DNA of 7,510 nucleotides from Nitrosomonas europaea. Its GTDB lineage: Bacteria; Pseudomonadota; Gammaproteobacteria; Burkholderiales; Nitrosomonadaceae. The notes under the pieces were generated by a model that had not been told where the DNA came from, searched no databases, and was given only the letters and a program-made list of their open reading frames with translations. A program made the position numbers and the translations under genes. Below are positions 1 through 7,018 of this stretch, one piece after another (positions within the stretch are counted from its first letter, which is position 1; every line of letters begins with the position of its first letter). The DNA is taken from contig NZ_FUWK01000063.1 in the NCBI RefSeq assembly GCF_900167395.1, positions 1-7,510 of the forward strand, read 5' to 3'.

Positions 1-522
1 ATTCGTGATCAGATCGAGATACCGGCGCCGGTATTTCTGTTCCTGATCGGCCAGCCCGTGGAATTTTTCCGGTAAGGGCCGCAAAGATTTGGTCAGAAGA
101 TGAAGCTGTGTCACTCGTAACGACAATTCATCCGTCCTGGTTTTGAACAAAACCCCTTCCGCCCCGAGAATGTCACCCAGATCATAATGTCTGAATGCTT
201 CATGAGCGGTTTCACCAGTATGATCATTAGAGATATAGAGCTGTATCCGCCCGCTCATATCCTGAATCGTTGCAAAACTCGCCTTCCCCATTACGCGCTT
301 GAACAACATGCGTCCGGCAACTTTTACCGTTACCTGGCTGCTTTCCAGCTCCTCTCTGGAGCAGCTGTCATATTTTTCGTGCAGGATACGAGCCAGGTTA
401 TCCCGGCGATAATCGTTCGGGAACGCATTGCCGGTCTGGCGCAATGCAGTCAGTTTCGAACGACGTTCTGCAATGAGGTTGTTTTCATCCTGGGAAATAC
501 CGGATATCTCTTCCTGGGTCAT
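1..522 (-). CDS. lysS: Lysyl-tRNA synthetase, class II (N-terminal 174 codons; the 3' end lies beyond the left window edge)
   Basis: My own reverse-complement translation starts at the ATG at 522..520. It reads [174 protein letters not shown] with no stop through position 1. This matches my recollection of the E. coli LysS N-terminus and OB-fold (..AFPNDFRRD.., ..AGRMMTRRIMGKASF.., ..[11 protein letters not shown].., ..LRPLPDKFHGL.DQE.RYR.RYLDLI.N). The frame has a TAG at 591..589 and no alternative start codon between it and 522, so the start is fixed. The gene is absent from the ORF track because it runs off the edge. Confidence 0.92.
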   Translation of the reverse strand, partial: MTQEEISGISQDENNLIAERRSKLTALRQTGNAFPNDYRRDNLARILHEKYDSCSREELESSQVTVKVAGRMLFKRVMGKASFATIQDMSGRIQLYISNDHTGETAHEAFRHYDLGDILGAEGVLFKTRTDELSLRVTQLHLLTKSLRPLPEKFHGLADQEQKYRRRYLDLITN

Positions 523-801
523 GTCTATTCCACGTTTCTCGTAATTTTTATTGGTATAAAATTTTTTGTTATTGTATTGGGCAGCAGGCTATCTTTGAGT
601 CGCTGCCGCCTGCCCGATCAACGTGTATTATATAGTCACTTTGACCAACCCATTCTAACGGGCCAACGAAAAACCATCTGGTGGAAGGTCTGTGGCGTAT
701 GTAACAGGGCCCTCCGCCCAAGTGCACGTTCCCGCTTCATGTACAGCCAGCCGTTCTATCGCATCGATCATCATCTCATTGAAATCAACTGAAAAATATT
801 T
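523..801. promoter_or_regulatory. Divergent lysS/glnS intergenic region, presumed to hold both promoters and both 5' leaders
   Basis: The flanking genes diverge, so their promoters should lie in or near this spacer. An AT-rich core at 624..636 (gtgtattatatagt) gives a perfect TATAAT on the minus strand (632..627). On the plus strand it gives TATTAT (626..631) and TATAGT (631..636). None has a good -35 at 16-18 bp. An A/T tract at 541..578 lies just upstream of the lysS ATG. GC-rich inverted repeats occur at 580..585/602..607 (GGCAGC/GCTGCC) and 584..589/608..613 (GCAGGC/GCCTGC). No transcription start site can be assigned from sequence alone. Confidence 0.45.
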
Positions 802-2472
802 GTGAATACACCTTCATCCCCAGCTCATTTCATCCGCAACATCATCGAGGAAGACAACCGTACCGGTAAATGGAATGGACGGGTGGAAACACGTTTTCCG
901 CCCGAACCGAACGGTTATCTGCATATCGGTCATGCAAAGAGCATTTGCCTGAATTTTGGACTTGCCCTTGAATATGGCGGCGTCTGCCATCTGCGATTCG
1001 ATGATACAAACCCTGAAAAAGAAGCCCAGGAATATGTCGATGCCATTATCGAATCAGTCCGCTGGCTGGGTTTCGACTGGAAGGAACATCTCTATTACGC
1101 TTCTGATTACTTTGATCAGTTATACGAATTTGCAGAATATCTGATCACACAGGGTAAAGCATACGTGGACAGCCTGTCGGCTGATGAAATCCGCAGATTG
1201 CGCGGAACCCTGACTGAGGCAGGTACCAACAGTCCTTATCGTGACCGCTCTGCAGAAGAAAATCTCGATTTGTTCCGCCGTATGCGCGCAGGAGAATTCC
1301 CGGACGGAGTGCATGTGTTACGTGCCAGAATCGATATGGCTTCACCCAATATCAATCTGCGCGACCCGGTCATTTATCGTATCCGCCATATCCACCACCA
1401 GCGCACAGGTGACAAATGGTGCATCTACCCGATGTACGATTACACCCATTGCATTTCCGATGCGCTGGAACGTATTACCCACTCACTCTGTACGCTGGAG
1501 TTCGAAGATCATCGACCGCTGTACGACTGGGTACTGGATCAGCTGGCAGAAAAAATTCCCTGCCATCCGCAGCAAATAGAATTTGCACGGCTGAACCTGA
1601 CCTACAGCGTGATGAGCAAACGCAAGCTGATCGATCTGGTAGAAAACAAACTGGTAGATGGCTGGAACGATCCACGTATGAATACACTGGCTGGTTTGCG
1701 TCGCCGTGGTTATACACCGGAATCGATCCGCCTGTTCGCGGAACGCATTGGCATCAGCAAGGCGGATTCCTGGATCGATATGACTATCCTGGAAGATTGC
1801 CTGCGTGAAGATCTCAATGAGCGCGCCCTGCGCCGCATTGCCGTGCTCGATCCGGTATCGCTGATCATCGATAATTTCCCGGATGGCCATGAAGAAACCT
1901 GCTACGCACCCAATCATCCTCAGAAACCCGAGCTTGGCACACGCGAGCTGCGCCTGACGAAACAACTTTATATCGATCGTGAAGATTTCATGGAGATACC
2001 GAACAAAGGCTTTTTCCGCCTGGCTCCTGGGGCAGAAGTACGGCTACGCTATGCGTTTATCATAAAGTGCACCCATGTCGTCAAGGATGATCAGGGGAAA
2101 ATCCTGGAAATCCACTGTGTTTATGATCCGGACACCAAAAGTGGCACTGCCGGAGCTGAAACCCGCAAGGTGCGCGGCAATATTCACTGGTTGTCGGCCA
2201 CGTATGCCAAGGCTGTTGAAATCAGGTTGTATGACCGCCTGTTCATCGACTCACACCCCGATACAGAAGGCAAGGATTTCAAAATTTCGCTGAATCCGAA
2301 TTCCAAAGAAGTCATTACCGGGTATGTTGAACCTTCGTTATGCGAAGCACAGCCGGAACAGCGATTCCAGTTCGAGCGCCACGGCTATTTCGTGGCAGAT
2401 CTGGCAGATACCGGACCGGGGAAACCGATATTCAACCGTACTGTATCCCTGCGTAATACCTGGAAAAAATGA
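802..2472 (+). CDS. glnS: Glutaminyl-tRNA synthetase (556 aa, GTG start)
   Basis: The ORF-track protein has the class I HIGH motif (HIGH, nt 922..933, in [21 protein letters not shown]) and the KMSKS-type motif (VMSKR). It is collinear with my recollection of E. coli GlnRS (..NFIRQIIDEDL...[26 protein letters not shown]..), and its length is close to the E. coli 554 aa. An in-frame TGA at 790..792 leaves the GTG at 802 as the only possible start upstream of the conserved N-terminus. Confidence 0.97.
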   Translation: MNTPSSPAHFIRNIIEEDNRTGKWNGRVETRFPPEPNGYLHIGHAKSICLNFGLALEYGGVCHLRFDDTNPEKEAQEYVDAIIESVRWLGFDWKEHLYYASDYFDQLYEFAEYLITQGKAYVDSLSADEIRRLRGTLTEAGTNSPYRDRSAEENLDLFRRMRAGEFPDGVHVLRARIDMASPNINLRDPVIYRIRHIHHQRTGDKWCIYPMYDYTHCISDALERITHSLCTLEFEDHRPLYDWVLDQLAEKIPCHPQQIEFARLNLTYSVMSKRKLIDLVENKLVDGWNDPRMNTLAGLRRRGYTPESIRLFAERIGISKADSWIDMTILEDCLREDLNERALRRIAVLDPVSLIIDNFPDGHEETCYAPNHPQKPELGTRELRLTKQLYIDREDFMEIPNKGFFRLAPGAEVRLRYAFIIKCTHVVKDDQGKILEIHCVYDPDTKSGTAGAETRKVRGNIHWLSATYAKAVEIRLYDRLFIDSHPDTEGKDFKISLNPNSKEVITGYVEPSLCEAQPEQRFQFERHGYFVADLADTGPGKPIFNRTVSLRNTWKK

Positions 2473-2591
2473 CAAAAAAATCAATTACAAATGGATGATC
2501 AGCAGCAGAATAAAGCACATCAGCATATTAGTGATATTTTTATATATCTCCTGAAAATGGCTTTACTTCTCCCACAGCCTGATTATTTTCT

Positions 2592-2600
2592 TGTTATACT
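2592..2600 (+). promoter_or_regulatory. Candidate extended -10 promoter element (TGtTATACT) for the NlpC/P60 gene
   Basis: The sequence TG(2592-2593)-t-TATACT(2595..2600) matches the extended -10 consensus TGnTATAAT with one mismatch. There is no convincing -35. It would place a start site near 2607, about 26 nt upstream of the ATG at 2633. This is a motif match only. Confidence 0.3.
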
Positions 2601-2632
2601 CGACTCCTGTTTTAACAACACGAATTGAAAAT

Positions 2633-3157
2633 ATGTCCTTAAAACACATTGTCATTCTGTTGCTCGGCACTGGCATGGTGGTGGGATGCAGTTCTGTCCC
2701 GAAAGATTCAAATCAGGAAAAAGTTTCACGTCATTGGCATAAACCCGCGTTTGTTACTCCCGATAAAACAACGGAAAACAATCCGTATTCGTACTTCGTG
2801 CGAGATCGTCTGTACAGCCAATATGAGGAGTGGCGTGGTGTTCGCTATCGACTGGGTGGGTCGGATCATTCAGGAATAGATTGTTCAGCATTTGTCAAAA
2901 TTATCTATGAAGCAGAGTTCGGCCTCTCATTACCCAGAACTGCACTTTCGCAGGCAAACCTTGGCAGTGAAATCAACCAGAACAAACTGATGCCGGGCGA
3001 TCTGGTATTTTTCAAAACAGGCAGATATTCACAGCACGTGGGAATTTATCTCGACAGCAGACAATTCCTTCATGTCTCGACCCGTAAAGGCGTGACCATA
3101 TCCCAACTGGATAATACTTACTGGAAATCCAGATACTGGAAGGCCGTCAGGATCTAA
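2633..3157 (+). CDS. mepS: NlpC/P60-family peptidoglycan DD-endopeptidase lipoprotein (Spr/MepS-like); the track ORF starts at TTG 2591 but ATG 2633 is preferred
   Basis: From ATG 2633 the protein begins MSLKHIVILLLGTGMVVGCSS. That is a basic n-region, a hydrophobic core and the lipobox VVG-C (Cys codon 2687..2689), typical of a signal peptidase II substrate. The C-terminal domain has the NlpC/P60 catalytic Cys (GIDCSAF, codon 2882..2884) and His (HVGIY). It resembles my recollection of E. coli Spr/MepS (WKGVRYRLGG..GIDCSGFV..GDLVLF..HVGIY..FVHAS..YWKKRY). The TTG at 2591 overlaps the candidate -10 element and would add 14 residues ahead of the signal peptide. The gene symbol reflects recalled similarity only; orthology is untested. 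Confidence 0.85.
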   Translation: MSLKHIVILLLGTGMVVGCSSVPKDSNQEKVSRHWHKPAFVTPDKTTENNPYSYFVRDRLYSQYEEWRGVRYRLGGSDHSGIDCSAFVKIIYEAEFGLSLPRTALSQANLGSEINQNKLMPGDLVFFKTGRYSQHVGIYLDSRQFLHVSTRKGVTISQLDNTYWKSRYWKAVRI

Positions 3158-3197
3158 AACCGGGTACGGTCGTCAGCAGTCAGAATCGGGCTTCATA

Positions 3198-4025
3198 TCA
3201 GGTTCCATGCTGGCGCCGTTCCAAATGAGCTCTGTTGACAATCGATGCACTGATTTCCTCTATGGACACATCGGTTGTGTTGATAGAAGGAATGTCGAAC
3301 TGTCTGTATAGTTCGTTCTGCCACTGCAGTTCGCGCTGGCATTCTGCAAACGAAGCATAATGACTGCCAGGATAACGTTCCTCGCGTATGGATTGGAGCC
3401 GTGAGGTGTTCAGGGTCAATCCAAACAGTTTTTTACGGAGAGGCTGCAATAATGGCGGAAGCTGTATCGCGCCCATGTCTTCCGGTGTAAACGGATAATT
3501 GGCGGCAAGCACCCCGTACTGCAAAGCCAGATAGACACACACCGGGGTTTTACCCGTGCGTGAGACGCCCACCACTATCACATCGGCATCCGCAAGTATT
3601 TTGGCATTGGCGCCGTCGTCACTGTTGAGCGCATACTGAATCGCGGCGATGCGGCGAAAATAGGAGGCATCCTGTCTGAGAACGTGAGAGCGTCCGGGTA
3701 TACGTGCAGGGGGTTGTTGCAACACCGCTTCCAGCGTGCCCAGACAAGTCTCGAAAAAGTCGAAAAGAACGCAATCTGCCCGCCGGATGGAAGCAAGCAT
3801 GACCGGGTCGAGTAATGTACTGAATACCAGTGCAGGCTGCCCTTCCTGCTCTGCAATGGTATTGATCTGTTCAATGACCGCCTGTGCCTTGGCGGCACTA
3901 TCCAGAAAAGAAGCATAATGCTTCTTCCACTCTATTCCATCGAATTGGGTCAGCAGACTGTGACCAAGGGTTTCAGCAGTGATACCCGTACGATCGGACA
4001 AGAAAAAAACGCTCCGTTGCAACAT
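3198..4025 (-). CDS. ppsR: PEP synthase regulatory protein (DUF299 bifunctional ADP-dependent kinase / Pi-dependent pyrophosphorylase), 275 aa
   Basis: The N-terminus SVFFLSDRTGITAETLGHSLLTQF, the P-loop VVGVSRTGKTPVCVYLA and the C-terminal LFGLT...RLQSIREER.....YAS all match my recollection of E. coli PpsR/YdiA (277 aa). The gene lies immediately downstream of ppsA on the same strand, and its ATG (4025..4023) shares base 4025 with the ppsA stop. Confidence 0.95.
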   Translation of the reverse strand: MLQRSVFFLSDRTGITAETLGHSLLTQFDGIEWKKHYASFLDSAAKAQAVIEQINTIAEQEGQPALVFSTLLDPVMLASIRRADCVLFDFFETCLGTLEAVLQQPPARIPGRSHVLRQDASYFRRIAAIQYALNSDDGANAKILADADVIVVGVSRTGKTPVCVYLALQYGVLAANYPFTPEDMGAIQLPPLLQPLRKKLFGLTLNTSRLQSIREERYPGSHYASFAECQRELQWQNELYRQFDIPSINTTDVSIEEISASIVNRAHLERRQHGT

Positions 4026-6400
4026 TACTGCTTCTCACCAGCAAGGTACAACCAGGTATCCACTACCGTATCCTGGTTGAGTGACAGGCTGCTGATTCTC
4101 TGTTCAACCAGCCATCGGGCAAAATCCGGATAATCGGAAGGTGCCTGGCCACAGATACCGATGTATTTCCCTTGCCGGTGGCAGGCGTCGATCGCCATTT
4201 TCAACAGTCGCTTGACGGCCGGATTACGTTCATCGAACAAATGAGCAACCAGCCCCGAATCACGATCCAGCCCGAGCGTCAGTTGAGTCATATCATTCGA
4301 TCCGATCGAAAACCCGTCGAAGTATTCAAGGAATTCCTCAGCCAGTACAGCATTGGAAGGAATCTCACACATCATGATCAGGCGCAGCCCGTTGCTTCCG
4401 CGCTTCAACCCGTTAGCTGCCAGCAATTCTGTAATTTGCTGTGCTTCTTCCAGCGTGCGACAAAAGGGAACCATCACTTCGACATTGGCAAACCCCATAT
4501 CATCACGTACCTTGCGCAAAGCCCGGCATTCCAGTTCAAAGCAGGCACGGAAAGAATCGGCAAGATAACGCGAGGCACCTCGAAACCCGATCATCGGGTT
4601 TTCTTCATGGGGCTCGAAACGATCTCCGGCAATCAGATTGGCATATTCATTGGATTTGAAATCGGACAAACGCACGATCACGGGGTGCGGATGAAAAGCC
4701 GCCGCCAGCGTAGCAATCCCCTCCACCAGTTTCTCAACATAAAAAGACACCGGATCGGGGTAACCAGCCATTCGCTTCCGGATCGATGCCTGCAGATCGT
4801 CGGGCAACGTATCGAATTCCAGCAGTGCCCTGGGGTGAATACCGATAGCGTTATTGATGATGAATTCCAGACGCGCCAGCCCTACCCCTTGATTGGGCAA
4901 ACGCGAAAACGCAAATGCCTGTGCCGGATTTCCAATATTCAGCATCATCCTGACCGGCAACTCGGACAGTGTGCCGATCTCTGAACTCATACGCTGGAAA
5001 GGAAGCAACCCTTCATAAACGAAACCGGTATCCCCTTCGGCGCAGGAGACGGTCACCGCATGGCCATTACTGATTTTCGCGGTTGCCTGCTCACACCCGA
5101 CCACCGCAGGAATGCCCAGCTCCCGTGCAATGATCGCCGCATGACAGGTACGCCCACCGCGATTGGTCACGATCGCTGCAGCACGTTTCATGATCGGTTC
5201 CCAGTCGGGGTCCGTCATATCCGTTACCAGAACGTCACCCGGCTGAACTTCCGACATCTGCCCGGCATTAAGAATGACCCGTGCTCTGCCCTGTCCGATC
5301 TTCTGGCCGATGGCACGTCCTTGTACCAGCACCTGCCCGCGTTCATCCAGGCGAAACTGCTCGATCGATTGTTCAGCACGGCTTTTCACTGTTTCAGGGC
5401 GCGCCTGGACAATATAAATCTGCCCATCGATTCCATCGAGCGCCCACTCGATATCCATCGGGCGGTTATAGTGCCGTTCGATGATCACCGCCTGCCGCGC
5501 CAGTGATTCAATCTGTTCGTCCGACAGGCTGAAACGCTGACTCCGATCGGGTGGTACCGGCCGGATTTCGGTCGCCTGCCCCGTCTGCCCATCGCTGTAA
5601 ATCATCTCGATAGCCTTGGTTCCCGACCGGCGTGATAGGATCGCAGGCAACCTCGCTTCAAGATTAGGTTTATAAACGATGAATTCATCCGGATTGACTA
5701 TTCCCTGTACGACAGTTTCACCCAGACCATAGGTGGAAGTAACGAACACCACTTCCCGAAAACCGGATTCGGTATCGAGCGTAAACATTACACCACTGGC
5801 TCCCCGGTCGCTGCGTACCATCTTTTGTACGCCTGCAGACAAAAATACCTGATCATGGTGAAATCCGTGATGAACCCGGTAAGCAATGGCCCGATCGTTA
5901 TAAAGAGAGGCAAATACTTCTCTGATGGCAGAGATCAGGTTTTCGAGTCCATGCACGTTCAGCAATGTCTCCTGCTGACCAGCGAAGGATGCATCTGCCA
6001 GATCCTCGGCCGTTGCTGATGAGCGCACGGCGAAAGACACCTCTTCTCCCATATCGGAAACCAGCTTTTGATAAGCTCCAGCCACTGCTTTCAGCAAATT
6101 ATCCGGCAACGGGGCAGCAAGCAGCCAGGAACGGATCGATTTACCCGTATCAGCCAGTGCTGTCACATCACCCACATCCAGACCCGATAATTTCTGACTG
6201 ATACGATCACCCAGACCATCGATTTCGAGAAATTCCCGATAAGCACGCGTCGTCGTGGCAAATCCACCCGGTACTTTCACACCGGCTCGGGCAAGATTTC
6301 CGATCATCTCTCCCAGTGAGGCATTTTTACCGCCCACGCTTGCGATATCATTCATGCCCACCTGATTCAACCATAGAATATAGTCAGGATGATCCGTCAT
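4025..6400 (-). CDS. ppsA: Phosphoenolpyruvate synthase (pyruvate, water dikinase), 791 aa
   Basis: This is a full-length PEP-utilising enzyme with an N-terminal ATP-grasp region ([22 protein letters not shown]). The swivel domain carries [24 protein letters not shown], with catalytic His420 at 5143..5141 and Thr418, the residue PpsR targets, at 5149..5147. A C-terminal PEP/pyruvate TIM-barrel domain follows ([17 protein letters not shown]). The length is close to E. coli PpsA (792 aa). A strong SD (GGAGGAGAG, 6415..6407) lies 6 nt upstream of the ATG. Confidence 0.98.
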   Translation of the reverse strand: MTDHPDYILWLNQVGMNDIASVGGKNASLGEMIGNLARAGVKVPGGFATTTRAYREFLEIDGLGDRISQKLSGLDVGDVTALADTGKSIRSWLLAAPLPDNLLKAVAGAYQKLVSDMGEEVSFAVRSSATAEDLADASFAGQQETLLNVHGLENLISAIREVFASLYNDRAIAYRVHHGFHHDQVFLSAGVQKMVRSDRGASGVMFTLDTESGFREVVFVTSTYGLGETVVQGIVNPDEFIVYKPNLEARLPAILSRRSGTKAIEMIYSDGQTGQATEIRPVPPDRSQRFSLSDEQIESLARQAVIIERHYNRPMDIEWALDGIDGQIYIVQARPETVKSRAEQSIEQFRLDERGQVLVQGRAIGQKIGQGRARVILNAGQMSEVQPGDVLVTDMTDPDWEPIMKRAAAIVTNRGGRTCHAAIIARELGIPAVVGCEQATAKISNGHAVTVSCAEGDTGFVYEGLLPFQRMSSEIGTLSELPVRMMLNIGNPAQAFAFSRLPNQGVGLARLEFIINNAIGIHPRALLEFDTLPDDLQASIRKRMAGYPDPVSFYVEKLVEGIATLAAAFHPHPVIVRLSDFKSNEYANLIAGDRFEPHEENPMIGFRGASRYLADSFRACFELECRALRKVRDDMGFANVEVMVPFCRTLEEAQQITELLAANGLKRGSNGLRLIMMCEIPSNAVLAEEFLEYFDGFSIGSNDMTQLTLGLDRDSGLVAHLFDERNPAVKRLLKMAIDACHRQGKYIGICGQAPSDYPDFARWLVEQRISSLSLNQDTVVDTWLYLAGEKQ

Positions 6401-6499
6401 AGCTTACTCTCCTCCATTGAAGAACAGGGTCGACACCACATCACCCGCATCTCTTCCCTGTTTTATTTATTGTCAAAGAAATACACAGACCCCGGGTCG
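6401..6499 (-). promoter_or_regulatory. ppsA 5' region: strong SD, a 7-bp inverted repeat and an isolated TTGACA hexamer
   Basis: On the minus strand, a perfect -35-type hexamer TTGACA sits at 6476..6471, but the hexamer 17 bp downstream (GAGATG, 6453..6448) is a poor -10. The inverted repeat AACAGGG/CCCTGTT (6423..6429 and 6456..6462) has a 26-nt spacer. The SD GGAGGAGAG is at 6415..6407. From sequence I cannot tell whether ppsA has its own promoter here or is read through from the DUF498 gene. Confidence 0.4.
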
Positions 6500-6883
6500 C
6501 TACCCGTCTGTGGATCGAACCAGTATCGCAGCCGCCACACGTCTGCCTTCCGATGACAGGATATTGTAGGTTCTGCAAGTAGCCTGTGTATCCATCACCT
6601 CGAACCCGATATCACGAGAAAGTATCATTCTCATCAGCGAAGCATCGGGAAACTGCAATGATGTCCCCGTCCCGAGCAAAATGATCTCCGGCTGCATGGC
6701 CAGCAACGCATCAAAATGTTCCATACCCAATTGGCTGATACTGCTTGCCTGCCAGTGCTCGATGATCCGGTTCGGCAACACGATCATATTATCTGTGTAC
6801 CGCACCTGATTGACGGCAACATAACCCTCTCCATAGCCGGAAAACACATTCAGACCGGAAGAATCCGAAAGATGCAGCTTCAT
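6500..6883 (-). CDS. Mth938-like / DUF498 domain protein (NDUFAF3-related fold), function unknown, 127 aa
   Basis: The sequence contains PEIILLGTGTSLQFPDASLMRMILSRDIGFEVMDTQATCRTYNILSSEGRRVAAAIL. This matches my recollection of the conserved core of the bacterial DUF498 (Mth938-like) family (..LL.GTG....FP.......L...GIG.EVMDT.AACRTYN.L..EGR.VAA.L). A good SD (GAGGAG, 6894..6889) lies 5 nt upstream of the ATG at 6883..6881. Confidence 0.85.
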   Translation of the reverse strand: MKLHLSDSSGLNVFSGYGEGYVAVNQVRYTDNMIVLPNRIIEHWQASSISQLGMEHFDALLAMQPEIILLGTGTSLQFPDASLMRMILSRDIGFEVMDTQATCRTYNILSSEGRRVAAAILVRSTDG

Positions 6884-6909
6884 GGAAACTCCTCATCACA
6901 AAATAGTCA

Positions 6910-6923
6910 GTTTTGATCAAAAC
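6910..6923. repeat. Perfect 14-bp palindrome GTTTTGATCAAAAC in the divergent DUF498/alaA spacer
   Basis: I read this directly: 6910..6923 equals its own reverse complement, centred on GATC. It starts 27 nt upstream of the DUF498 ATG and ends about 96 nt upstream of the alaA ATG. The palindrome is certain; any function as an operator is inference. Confidence 0.9.
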
Positions 6924-6953
6924 CGGGTAATCCGGGCAGTTTGGCCGGCCATT

Positions 6954-6981
6954 TTCACCCGAACGAAGACTAGCGTAACAT
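6954..6981 (+). promoter_or_regulatory. Candidate sigma70-type promoter for alaA (TTCACC-N16-TAACAT)
   Basis: TTCACC at 6954..6959 and TAACAT at 6976..6981 are separated by a 16-bp spacer. An overlapping alternative is an extended -10, TG(6981-6982)-g-TATGCT(6984..6989). Either would start transcription near 6988-6996, downstream of the ATG at 6980, which supports 7019 as the alaA start. This is a motif match only. Confidence 0.25.
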
Positions 6982-7018
6982 GGTATGCTTTTTTCGTATC
7001 GAACATCTCGTGACCCCC

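Noticed and set aside
187-792. 201-aa plus-strand ORF from the supplied track
   Set aside because: Positions 187..522 are exactly antisense to a clearly recognisable lysS N-terminus. The product ([16 protein letters not shown]...) resembles nothing I recognise and is low-complexity and hydrophobic. This is a typical shadow ORF on the strand opposite a real gene. Only its intergenic tail (523..792) is kept, as a low-priority finding.
2485-2526. 13-codon hydrophobic minus-strand mini-ORF (MLMCFILLLIIHL) downstream of an AGGAGA at 2552..2547
   Set aside because: The SD-like AGGAGA is 20 nt from the ATG, which is too far for canonical initiation. The ORF is tiny and lies in AT-rich spacer where such frames arise by chance. 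Nothing in the sequence supports it beyond hydrophobicity.
956-2554. Overlapping ORFs within or antisense to glnS (956..1144, 1120..1314, 1145..1345, 1241..1579, 1416..1808, 1475..1717, 1483..1965, 2075..2293, 2324..2554)
   Set aside because: They sit in alternative frames of a complete, well-conserved glnS and show no recognisable motifs. Their composition is typical of off-frame translation.
2591-2632. TTG at 2591 as the start of the NlpC/P60 gene, as given in the ORF track
   Set aside because: The ATG at 2633 yields a textbook lipoprotein signal peptide starting at residue 1. The extra 14 residues (LYSTPVLTTRIEN) would precede the n-region and overlap the candidate extended -10 element. 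The TTG cannot be fully excluded.
3159-3170. Mini-hairpin ACCG-ggta-CGGT in the 40-bp convergent gap between the NlpC/P60 gene and ppsR, with a TTTT tail on the ppsR strand
   Set aside because: The stem is only 4 bp, with one possible G-U extension. That is far too weak to call an intrinsic terminator, and the T-run overlaps the stop codon of the opposing gene. I saw no convincing terminator in this gap, or downstream of glnS at 2473..2590.
3578-4133. ORFs 3578..3916 (-), 3736..3918 (+) and 3918..4133 (+), overlapping ppsR and the ppsA 3' end
   Set aside because: They are off-frame or antisense to ppsR and ppsA, with no motifs or translation signals.
4172-4984. 270-aa plus-strand ORF and several shorter ORFs (4353..4568, 4441..4659, 5060..5506, 5281..5484, 5825..6019, 5965..6201) inside ppsA
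   Set aside because: All lie antisense to the full-length, motif-complete ppsA. Their products are Arg/Ser/Pro/His-rich, as expected from reading a coding strand backwards, and I see no SD or recognisable domain. Long antisense frames are a known by-product of codon bias.
6512-6521. GGTTCGATCC (minus strand), resembling a tRNA T-arm/T-loop motif
   Set aside because: The flanking sequence does not form a T-stem, acceptor stem or anticodon arm. The motif lies inside the 3' end of the DUF498 coding sequence. It is a coincidental match.
6943-6950. GGCCGGCC 8-bp palindrome, and the CCGG-gtaat-CCGG repeat at 6923..6935, in the DUF498/alaA spacer
   Set aside because: Short GC palindromes of this size are expected by chance many times in 7.5 kb. 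They have no supporting context, unlike the 14-bp palindrome reported as a finding.
6980-7018. Upstream in-frame ATG (6980) or GTG (7010) as the alaA start
   Set aside because: Alignment with the E. coli AlaA N-terminus (MSPIEKSSKLENV versus MQPIKKSSKLDNV) fits the ATG at 7019. The extension MVCFFRIEHLVTP is not AlaA-like, and the candidate -10 elements overlap or follow 6980. No candidate has a good SD, so this rests on recalled homology.
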